A stretch of 63,741 nt of DNA, filler included, from Octopus bimaculoides (Eukaryota): the NCBI RefSeq assembly GCF_001194135.2. It is 8 parts of 7 records of this genome, joined end to end, with 100 filler letters (N's around TTAATTAATTAA, not from the genome) between each part and the next. Parts side by side here need not be neighbours in the genome. Positions count along the whole stretch, not along the records: positions 52,873 to 58,797 come from NC_068997.1; positions 58,898 to 62,208 come from NC_068991.1; positions 62,309 to 63,741 come from NC_068985.1; 5 more parts are not named here. The stretch is one strand, 5' to 3'. Below the pieces are notes generated by a model, which saw only the letters and a list, made by a program, of their open reading frames with translations, was not told the DNA's origin and ran no database searches. Below, in pieces: positions 52,773 to 63,741 of this stretch. Position 1 is the first letter of the stretch, and the number at the start of each line of letters is the position of its first letter. Position numbers and translations under genes: made by a program.

Positions 52773-53241
52773 NNNNNNNNNNNNNNNNNNNNNNNNNNNN
52801 NNNNNNNNNNNNNNNNTTAATTAATTAANNNNNNNNNNNNNNNNNNNNNNNNNNNNNNNNNNNNNNNNNNNNTATATATATATATATATATATATTCATA
52901 TATACATATATATATATAAATTCATATCCACATATACGTATATTCATAAGAACATACTTACATACATGCAATGCACATACATCTATTTTTCTCTTTTTTT
53001 ATTGTCTTTACTTGTTTCTCATTTGAATGCAGCCATGCCGGACCACCGCCTTAAAGGGTATTGATAGAAGAAATCGTCCCAGGAATTATACTTTGTAAGT
53101 CTAGTACTTATTCTATCGGTCTCTTTTTTCTGAACAGTTAAGTTATGGGTAATTAAACACAGCTGTATCGGCTGTCAAGGGATTGTGGGTGGACAAATGC
53201 AAACACACCTACAGAAATACATGCGTATATACATATATATG

Positions 53242-53302
<61 letters not shown>

Positions 53303-54029
53303 GTCTATCTATCTATCTATCTATCTATCTATATATATNNNNNNNNNNNNNNNNNNNNNNNNNNNNNNNNNNNNNNNNNNNNNNNNNNNNNNNNNNNNNN
53401 NNNNNNNNNNNNNNNNNNNNNNNNNNNNNNNNNNNNNNNNNNNNNNNNNNNNNNNNNNNNNNNNNNNNNNNNNNNNNNNNNNNNNNNNNNNNNNNNNNNN
53501 NNNNNNNNNNNNNNNNNNNNNNNNNNNNNNNNNNNNNNNNNNNNNNNNNNNNNNNNNNNNNNNNNNNNNNNNNNNNNNNNNNNNNNNNNNNNNNNNNNNN
53601 NNNNNNNNNNNNNNNNNNNNNNNNNNNNNNNNNNNNNNNNNNNNNNNNNNNNNNNNNNNNNNNNNNNNNNNNNNNNNNNNNNNNNNNNNNNNNNNNNNNN
53701 NNNNNNNNNNNNNNNNNNNNNNNNNNNNNNNNNNNNNNNNNNNNNNNNNNNNNNNNNNNNNNNNNNNNNNNNNNNNNNNNNNNNNNNNNNNNNNNNNNNN
53801 NNNNNNNNNNNNNNNNNNNNNNNNNNNNNNNNNNNNNNNNNNNNNNNNNNNNNNNNNNNNNNNNNNNNNNNNNNNNNNNNNNNNNNNNNNNNNNNNNNNN
53901 NNNNNNNNNNNNNNNNNNNNNNNNNNNNNNNNNNNNNNNNNNNNNNNNNNNNNNNNNNNNNNNNNNNNNNNNNNNNNNNNNNNNNNATGTTGTCGGAAAG
54001 CAAGCTTCTTAAGTTGTTCTGATTGATAA

Positions 54030-54808
54030 GTATCCGGACTGTTGCCATAGTAACCAAGTTGAAACACAAAAACTGAAGCCTCTTGGCACAAATTGGACCT
54101 TAGCATCTGCTTTGCATGCACACTAAGTTTTAACCTTCTAGCTCACATCCGTTGTTAGCAGCAGTGCTTCAAAGGAAGGTGTGTAGCGTGTGATCATTGC
54201 ATTGACCATGAGAAATAAAGTTGAACAGAGAATCTGCATCAAATTTTGCCAAAGTCTTGGCGATACCTGCTCAGAGGCCTACGCAAAGTTTTCTAAAATT
54301 TTCATCGTACTTGACATAATTAAGATCTTATTCAACTGAAACCCTAGCTTCTTTTTGGTCATCTGAAAAAAAATTTCACACAAACTTGGCAGACACGCTT
54401 CTCATACCCAGATCTTCAGTAATAATGACTAATCTGCACATCCTCTTATAACTCACAGATAGGGATTCGACTATTTTCCCTCACCGCTGACTGACATCTG
54501 CGATGTTTTCCTCAATTTTGCTGGTTGCGGTTCACCCAGAACTTTCGTCAATATCGACAAATTTTCAGCAATCTCGGAAACATCTGGACTACTCAAACAC
54601 TTGTATGCGGTTCATACAATCCACTCTATCATGGTCAATGCAACGATCCCACACTACACACCTTCCTTCCAAGTACTGCTGTAAACAGCGAAAGTGAGCT
54701 AGATCATTAAAACTTAGTGCACATGTACAGCAGGTTATAAGGTCAATCTTTGCCAAGCGGCTTTACTATGCGTGCTTTAGCTTGAATACTTATCGCTCAG
54801 ACCTCGTA
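54030..54808. mobile_element. Fold-back non-autonomous mariner element, copy 2
   Basis: Same architecture and junction as 19918-20750; the left arm reads MRNKVEQRICIKFCQSLGDTCSEAYAK. Confidence 0.88.
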
Positions 54809-55418
54809 TAGATCGTATAAAAAAATATATATTGTATATGCGTATATAAATATATATATATATCCACACACACACACGCACACACACAACACACAAACTC
54901 ACCCGCGCGCGAATATGTTTACACGTATGTGTTTATGAGATTCGTTGTCAGCGAGCTTGGTGCATTTTCTATTCTAGTCGCCGAGATCTGACTCTTGAAT
55001 AGTTTGTACTGGTTTACATATCAGTAGTGTTATCAAGCGACCTGACATAAATATTACGAACTTTATATAATAAATGCCAATTAAGGAGGCGACTCGGAAA
55101 TTTGAAACATGTCAATGAAATTGGTAAATGTGGAATTGTTTTGAAAATGAGCAGTGTTGAGTATAGTCGTATTATAAGAGAAAAAACATTTATTAGATAT
55201 ATCAATCATCATTCATACCTTTTTATGAGAAGTAACTTCGTGTTGAAATTTCTGGTCTGTCTATATGGAACTAAAAAAGAAAAATTTCCATGAATTAATG
55301 AGCATACTTACAAATTAATATCAAATTAAGTGTTTGTATTTTCACATAATCTAGCATCTCGTTGTCGATTGCAATGTAACCCAAGAATTCGCGTTACACG
55401 TAAATATATATAGACTCC

Positions 55419-55474
<56 letters not shown>

Positions 55475-55800
55475 GTATATTTACCAAACCTCATGAGTTT
55501 ATTACTATACCGACCATGATTTCTGTCTTCTCTCTCACCCCTATCCCTAACAAATAATGCCCATTATTCTCTTAGACTTGAGATATACAAGGTTTGATAT
55601 GATAGTCTATAAATCTAAACTAAGAATAAGAAACAAATAAAATCAGTGAGAAGCAATCTTCTTTGACCTTGTATTTGTTATCTTCCATGGTGTGGCTAAA
55701 GTAAGATGTTCTCTGTCTGTCTCCTTAATTTCTTGGAGATTTTAGGTATAATTATACTAATGTGTCCATGTGTTTTAATTTAATTAAATCAATGTCTGTG

Positions 55801-55888
55801 TGCAGCTGACGATTGCTCTGCATTTTTAAATTGATGTAATGCTTACATTGTTCAATTAAATGGAATTGCATGAAACGATCGTACTGTA
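55801..55888 (+). ncRNA. Type I hammerhead-ribozyme-like motif, copy 1
   Basis: TGCAG-CTGACGA-[59-nt stem II]-GAA-ACGATCGT-A-CTGTA. Intact core and palindromic stem III; predicted GUA cleavage after 55883. A second, degenerate motif follows at about 55946-55992. Confidence 0.75.
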
Positions 55889-58384
55889 TTACCTCTGGAT
55901 ATCCTTGTTGCTTATTTTGATTTTAATCACCTTACTTTGAAATTGTATGGATGATGCCGTACTAAATTCTGGTGCCGAAACATAAGTACCATTTTCACCT
56001 GAATCTAAATTTTTGCTGAACTCATCTACCATACCCTAAAAAAATGTACATATATGATTTTTGCGCGCTTGTTGTATCTGGCATTCTCGTTATCTCAATG
56101 TCGTGTCTAACGTTTCAATGCATCCTAATTAGTTTTCATAAATATATTTTTCGGTGCAGGATTTTCTCTGGCTATACTGCAACTCATAAAGTCTTTAAAG
56201 AGTAAAATGCTTAATGTGTGTGTGTGTGGTTGTATATATATATACTCTTTCATGCCTTAGCCACAGAAGCAGGATAATGAACATGACTTTTTGCTGGGCT
56301 TCTATGACCGTAATAGAGAGGCTGCGCTGGTGTTGGAATCTTTGGGAAGCAACAAAGAATTGGCTGATCGGTGGTGTTCATAAATGACGACGGATTAAAG
56401 TTTGCCTGCAAACAAACGCTACAGTCCAGTTTACAGGCTTCTGTAGAGCCTCCCTCTTCCCAATGTCACTCATGAACTGCGGTCAATGAGAATATGATAA
56501 AATTTCTCGTATATTAGCCCTAGCTCGGTTCTGATCGATATATGACCACAAATAACATTATCACGATCGGTCATTACATTTTTGGTGTCTATATTATCCA
56601 ATGTACGCTGCGTTATTCAAAACTGTAGAGTGCAATTCAAGGAGACATTTAGCTGCTATTCTAGTAAGTTGATTGATCGCTTAGAGTTTATCTTGTAAAA
56701 GAGAGCGCTGTTGATATTCAACTAAATTCTTTGTTCCCAGGGACGTCAAACGTGTTCAAAGGAGTTCTTCTCCTGACCTACTGAAATTTTTCATCTCTAA
56801 GGTAGCATTGTCCAGTGTGTAATTTTTTTTNNNNNNNNNNNNNNNNNNNNNNNNNNNNNNNNNNNNNNNNNNNNNNNNNNNNNNNNNNNNNNNNNNNNNN
56901 NNNNNNNNNNNNNNNNNNNNNNNNNNNNNNCTGAGCCTTTTGTTTAAATTTTCATTCATAGGACTCAAGTAGGGCCATTCATTCCAAACATGCGAACCAC
57001 TTTTACCATACCTGTCCGATGACAGGCACTTCTTGTCTAGCTTTATCCTCCTTCATAGAAGGAAGACAAAAAAGTTAATCAAGCCTTGGTCAGAAATGAA
57101 AGTACCTGTCACCAATCCTTTAATCCGTGACACTGTGAGAAGAAAATATCTGAAGACCATCCCCAGAAACGTTTAAATCTAACCGGTTGCCTAAACATCT
57201 TCCCACGTTTTCATTCCTTGTTCAAAATGCTGCCTTTGTATATGCGCCAGTCATTTAAAATACAACGGATCGGAAATGCCCACGGAGTTGGAAGGTGTTG
57301 TATGAGTGGACCTGTTTTCCTGAATGACAATTTATTATTTTTTATTATTGTCATTAATAGAATGAAACGAANNNNNNNNNNNNNNNNNNNNNNNNNNNNN
57401 NNNNNNNNNNNNNNNNNNNNNNNATTTACCTGAAATTTAAGAGGTACATCAGAGGTGAAATATTACTAACATAGAAAGGACTTGCAGCGGTAGTTAGCTT
57501 GCATACTATTTTCACAATAAATAAAATAGTACATTAATAAAGCGGAAGTACAATACCGTGGAAGTGCATTAATAATGAGGATTCGGATGCACACCATTAC
57601 CACATTGATTAAGAAGTACTTAAATAGTGACAGGTAATTAGTATATACATCATTACTTTAAATATTAAGAAGTACAATTATTGACAGACGAGAATTTATG
57701 ATGCGGCGAGCTGGCAGCAACGTTAGCATGATTCAAATTCTGCCGAGGTCGACTTATCCTTTTTCCGGGGTCGATCAAATACTAGGGCCCTGATTTCGGG
57801 AGATGGGCTATGAAGGTTATATTGACGCCAGTGCTCAACTGGTACTTATTTTATCGCCCCATCCCCGAGAGAAATTTGAACTGAGAACGTAAAGACGGAC
57901 GACATGCCGCTACCTATTATTTTACCCCATGTACTAAAAGATTCTCCTATCACACCGCTTTAATCAAATTCATATATTACTCAAACAATACAATGCACAA
58001 AACTGAACACATTAACATAACACGTTTTCCGTTAAATCATTTCTCGCTTCAGTTTTCTTTTCATTGATATTGCTTCAGCTGATAGTCATTTGTTTACATA
58101 TTTCCTTAACATTTTCTTGTTTCAGATAAAAGAGCAAATCAGCTCTAACGTCGAGAATACAACAGTTTTATAAACACTATTTATAACAGCTTCAATTAAA
58201 TCTACAAAATACATCATATATATAACTTATTTCTCAAACAAATTGACAAAGAAATTGCCGTAATGGTAAGACTCATTCAATTCATCTTTTTCACTTTTTC
58301 TTCTCTTTTCTCCTAAGGATACATTGGATGATTGCTATTTTTTTAACGTTTTAAGCATATTTATTATTATTATTATTGTTGTTG

Positions 58385-58797
58385 TTGTTGTTGTTGTTAT
58401 TGAGTGAGATAGTAGTGCAAGCCATCAAAGTGACATCGGGGTAAGATATACGAAGCCAGTGTACCCATCATGACTACCCGCCTGATAAGGGTACACCAGG
58501 CACATGCATNNNNNNNNNNNNNNNNNNNNNNNNNNNNNNNNNNNNNNNNNNNNNNNNNNNNNNNNNNNNCATCTTGCAGATGGGCCCAGTTAGAATTTTA
58601 TACAAGCCGAGTAGCCCATCTTGCTCAAAAAGTCCCTGAATGAGAGTTGTTTGAGAGTGTTGAGCGAAACACCCATGTTTCCAAAGGCGAATTATTCAAA
58701 CCCCAACGAATTGCTCTCAACACATGGCTATGGTGCTCCACCACTATTTCTGCTCGTAATCAGAGATGCACATATCGTCAGCCACCAAGGGACATGC
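58385..58797 (-). mobile_element. Probable non-LTR retroelement 3' end with (AAT/AAC)n tail
   Basis: Non-coding GC-richer block abutting a (TTA)(TTG) tract; family not determined. Confidence 0.45.
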
Positions 58798-58897
58798 NNN
58801 NNNNNNNNNNNNNNNNNNNNNNNNNNNNNNNNNNNNNNNNNTTAATTAATTAANNNNNNNNNNNNNNNNNNNNNNNNNNNNNNNNNNNNNNNNNNNN

Positions 58898-58937
<40 letters not shown>

Positions 58938-59184
58938 CGTACGTATGTATGTATGTATGTATGCATGTGTGTGTGCCTCTGTGTGTTTGTCCTCCATCAC
59001 CGCTTGACAACTGGTGTTCGTGCATTTACGCCCCAGTAACTTGGCGGTTCGGCAAAAGAAACCGATAGAATAAGTACTAGGCTTAAGAAATGAGTCCTAG
59101 GGTCTATTTGCTCGATAAAAACCTTTCAAGGCGGTGCTCCAGCATGGCTGCAGTCAAATGACTGAAACGAATAAAAGAATTATT

Positions 59185-61201
59185 ACGGTTAAGGCGGTTA
59201 GCAGGCAGAATCGTTAGTATGCCGGACAAAATACTTAGCGACATTTCGTTCGTCCCTACGTTCTGGGTTCAAATTCCTCCGAAGTCGACTCTACCTTTCA
59301 TTCCTTTCGGGGTCGATTAAATAAATACCAGCTGAGCACTGGGGTCGATGTAATCGACTATGCAACTCCTTTCAAAAACTAGTGACCCTATACCAAAATT
59401 TGAAACCATTATTAATATTATGGTTCAAATTCCGTCGAGGTCGACTTTGCCTTTCATCCTTTCGAAGTCGGTAAATTAAGTACCAGTTGCGTACTGGGGT
59501 CAATCCCAGTACTTCATAGGTACTTTATTTTATCTGTCCTGAAAGGATGAACGGGAAAGTTGACCTCAACGGTAATTGAACACAGAATGTAAAGAGCCGG
59601 AAGAAATGCTGTTAAACATTTTGTCCGACGCATTTTGTTCACAGAAAAGATCATTATGAAAGCCGTGGTTGTTCTTACCCGCATGAAGTGTTACAATGCG
59701 TCACAGTTATCATTGTGATATTATAATCGTCAGTTTGTGTTAAGATACATTTTAATCTATGAAGTAAAATAATAAAAGCTCTGTGTACAGGACATTATAC
59801 AAATGTATGTGTGCGTGTGTGCTGTGTAATAAGAGACAAAGAAAACGTTATTGGTATTCTTATACTTTAATATACACATGTTTCAATAAGCCGGAGCCAC
59901 ATTTCTTCAGTATTTTGGAACCCGCACTTTAATCTACCCTCCTATACGATGTTGGCTTTCACAGTGCATCAGAATTTTCATGTGGGATCAATTACTGAGT
60001 CCTGAACTCATTGATATCGTGTTATGCATGATAGCACACTATTAGTATTCATTCTCTCTCTCTCACACGCATAAATATATGAACACGTACACATAACAAG
60101 TGTAATTATTCTGATAGGTGTGTTTTAACAAAAGAAAAAAAATGCTCTTATTTTGGCTAACACCGTGTGTATGTGTTAAGGGTTGAAATTTGAATATAAA
60201 CAAAATACCTTTATGAAATCAACTGAGAATTGAATCTCGTATCTGAAGCTTGCTGGGCCGACTCTGACCAGTGACACCACACTGATTTCACGTTCTAATC
60301 TCTTTCACCTTTTTCTTTCCATTTTTAAAGCAGACATTTAACCTTTGGAACGCGTTCACTTGTCTCATTGATCATTCCCTAACAACATTGCGTCAATTCA
60401 CAGAGGGTTTCTAACAGTCTTCTTTTTTGTTATCATCAACAGCATCGCTATTATTAGATCGTGGAGGGCAAGCGGCAAGCCTGCAGTCGCAGCTAAAGCA
60501 CTGGGAAAATATCTTTCAATATTTCGTCTGCTACTTTGCCTTTCATCCCCTGGCGGTTGAAAATGTAACAGTAAAGTACTCGCGTCAATGACATCGACTA
60601 ACTCGCTTCTCCTCAAAACTGCTGACCTTGTGCCGAAACTAGAAACAGTTAATATTAAATGGTGGTTTGGCAGAATCGTTAAACATGTTGGAAAAAAAGA
60701 TAGTTCTTACGGTATTTGTCCCGGTTCTATGCTTTCTGGATTTAAATCTTATCGAGGTCAGTTTTCCTCCTCCGGGTTCGACAAAATGGGGGGAACCAAT
60801 TAACTTTTGGATTCGATACAATCGAGTGTTCCCGCATTCCAATTATCTGGCATCGTCCGTGTGTTAAAAATAATTATAAGGTATTAGGTTAGCAGAATCG
60901 ATAGGACGTTGGGGGGAAAATATGCCTTCCGAATTTGTTCCGGCTTTTAGCATTTCGAGCTTAAATTCTGCCGAGGTAAATTTTGCTTATTGATTTGCGT
61001 TTATATCGGAAACAATTATTATTTAGTAAGGAGTGGCTGTGTGGTAAGTAGCTTGCTTACCAACCACATGGTTTCGGGTTCAGTCCCACTGCGTGGCACC
61101 TTGAGCAAGTGTCTTCTACTATAGCCTCAGGCCGAACAAAGCCTTGTGAGTAGATTTGGTAGACGGAAACTGAAAGAAGCCCGCCGTATATATGTATATA
61201 T

Positions 61202-61237
<36 letters not shown>

Positions 61238-62205
61238 ATGTGTTTGTCCCCCCCACCATCGCTTGACAATCGTCCCCGTAACTTAGCGGTTCGGCAAAAG
61301 AGACCGATAGAATAAGTACTAGGCTTACAAAGAATAAGTCCTGGGGTTGATTTGCTCGACTACAGGCGGTGCTCCAGCATGGTCTCAGTCAAATGACTGA
61401 AACAAGTAAAAGAGAGAGTAAAAGAAAAGAGAAAGTTAGCAGAATCGTTAGCACACCGGGCAAAATGCTTAACGGCATTTCGTCCGTCTTTACGTTCTGA
61501 GCTCAAATTCCGCCGAGGTTGACTTTGCCTTTCATCCTTTCGAGGTCGATAAATTAAGTACCAGTTGAGCACTGGGGGTCAATGTAATCGACTAGCCCCC
61601 TCCTCCCACAATTTCAGGCCTTGTGCCTTTAGTAGAAAGAATTATTATTATAGAGATTAGGTGGCGAGCTGGCAGAATCTTTAGGACGCCGGACAAAATG
61701 CTTAGCGGTATTTTCGTCCCTCTACGTCCTGAGTTCAAATACCACCGAGGTCGATTTCAGCTTTCGTCCTTTCGGCGTCGATGAGAGAAGTACCAGTTGA
61801 GTCGATGTAATCGAGTAACCCCTTTACCAAAACTTCAAACCTTGTGCCTATAGTAGGAAGTATTATTAAGGCTGGGAGCTGGCGGAACCGTTAGCACGCC
61901 GGGCGAAATGCTTAGCGGTATTTCGTCTGCCATTACGTTCTGAGATCAAATTCCGCCGAGGTCGACTTTGCCTTTCATCCTTTCGGGGTCTATAAATTAA
62001 GTACCAGTTACACACTGGGGTCGATGTAATCGACTTAATACCTTTGTCTGTCCTTGTTTGTCCCCTCTATGTTTAGCCCCTTGTGGGCAATAAAGAAATA
62101 AGAACCGTTAGCTAACGCTGGACAAAATACTCAGCGGCATTTCGTCCGTCTTTTGTTCTAGGATTGGGAGCTAGCAGAACTATTAGCGCAACTGACATAA
62201 TGCAT
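59185..62205 (+). mobile_element. Dense SINE cluster (about 9 family A copies plus family B)
   Basis: Family A matches near 59185, 59420, 60470, 60655, 60885, 61435, 61660, 61870 and 62100. Confidence 0.88.
61029..61427 (+). mobile_element. Full-length CORE-type SINE family B (resembles octopus OR/OK SINEs)
   Basis: tRNA head GGAGTGGCTGTGTGGTAAG...GGTTCAGTCCC, CORE-like GCACCTTGAGCAAGTGTC, internal (TA)(TG) tract, tail GGCGGTGCTCCAGCATGG...GTAAAAGAG. Confidence 0.9.
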
Positions 62206-62308
62206 AGCNNNNNNNNNNNNNNNNNNNNNNNNNNNNNNNNNNNNNNNNNNNNTTAATTAATTAANNNNNNNNNNNNNNNNNNNNNNNNNNNNNNNNNNNN
62301 NNNNNNNN

Positions 62309-62348
<40 letters not shown>

Positions 62349-63277
62349 TGTTTGTGTATATGTGTATGTCTATGTGACTATGTTTGTCCCCATCACCGCT
62401 TAACAACCGGTGTTTACTTACCCCTAACTGAACGCTTCGTCAAAAGACCCTATAAAATAAGTACGAAGCTTATAAAAACATAATTGCTGGAATCGAGTAA
62501 CTCGACATAATATTCTTGAAGGCGGTGCACCAGCATGGCCACAATCTAATGATTGAAACAAGAAAAAAGCTAAAAGTTATGACTTTCGAAGTCCACGGTA
62601 ATTTTCATTCACGCGAAAGAAGATATCGATCCGACTCTGCTAGACGTATTTAGTGAAATAATCTTAATTGAAAATTCATATGCCGTATGACGCCAAATGT
62701 CTGTTTTTGTCTGTTTTAGAAACAGGCAAAAACCTGATTTAACCTGATGCACTCGATATAAACTAATTCCACAAAACATGTGAAGGAGACACACAAGCGG
62801 CCTTAACTTGCATTTGCTTTATTAAGGAGATCTGGTGACACGGAAGCATGTTAGCTCCTAATACTGTCATTTCTCGTAAGCAGGAAGTGCTACATATTTT
62901 CACAAAATCTGTCTTCATTGAAATCAATTCCTTTCTTTAATAAAAGTCCCGAACGAAATCATCTACGTTTCGTTCCTGTTACTCCAAGGCAAAGAAAATT
63001 TCCCATCGCAACTAATACTTTTGTGAACATCATTGAATACAGACTTAGATATTTCTATTTAAGTTAAGTCACCGTCGTTTATAGCATTTTATCATACAAT
63101 AAATGAATTTCTGTTATTATTCCGATAAATCCTATTTTATAAATTAATTAATTCGCTGTTTTATATACACATTTATATATTTTTACATACATATATATAT
63201 ATGTATATCTATGTATACACACACACACACACACATATATATGTGCATATGTATGTATGTATATATATATATTTATC

Positions 63278-63350
<73 letters not shown>

Positions 63351-63434
63351 ATATATATGTGCATATATATGTATATATGTATATAGATATATGTACATAT
63401 ATATATATGTATAAATATATGTATATATATATAT

Positions 63435-63741
63435 ATTTTTTTTTATTTATTTATTTATTTATGTGTTTCAGCCAAGTGGCTGCGGTCATGCATGGCTCTT
63501 CTCCCCCACCTGACATGGTCCAATCAAGAGTTTTGATGGCACATCTGGTGTATAAGAGAATTTGACATAGCTGCCCTAAACTGCGTCTCATTACGAGCCA
63601 TTGGTTCGTCTGGTACCGTGGAGAGGAAAGTGTCAAGTTTTGTCTTGAAGACCTCCGTATCCATGTCTTGCATGTCTCTCAAATGTTTTGGCAGGGCATT
63701 GAAGAGCTGAGGTCCTCTGAAACCGAGGCTGCTGCAGTATC
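63435..63741 (-). mobile_element. CR1/L2-group LINE 3' end, open frame running off the window
   Basis: YCSSLGFRGPQLFNALPKHLRDMQDMDTEVFKTKLDTFLSTVPDEP...CHQNS* (stop 63524-63526), short 3' UTR, (AAAT)n tail. Confidence 0.88.

Overview
AT-rich, repeat-dominated eukaryotic DNA with many N gaps. The SINE, MITE and microsatellite content matches what I recall of octopus (coleoid cephalopod) genomes; that is pattern recognition, not a search result. One host gene is supported: a + strand tetraspanin of the 8-cysteine TspanC8 group (Tspan5/14/17/33-like). Four exons are reconstructed at 23.1-28.2 kb and a likely last exon at 30.2 kb; its TM1/TM2 exons were not found. Most of the remaining identifiable sequence is transposon-derived: R4/Dong-, RTE-, CR1/L2- and Penelope-like retroelement remnants, three SINE families, a DD36E (Incomer-like) Tc1 relic, a maT-like relic, two fold-back mariner elements, and hAT and Tc1 MITEs. 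Best leads: (1) a two-copy hammerhead-ribozyme family with compensatory changes, a palindromic stem III and an unusually long stem II; (2) the divergent TspanC8, which lacks the RDD/NxxF motifs and has a duplicated acceptor feeding a possible alternative exon; (3) the DD36E element. Nearly all ORFs in the supplied track are microsatellite, N-run or TE artefacts. Seven 100-bp 44N-TTAATTAATTAA-44N blocks are assembly join markers.
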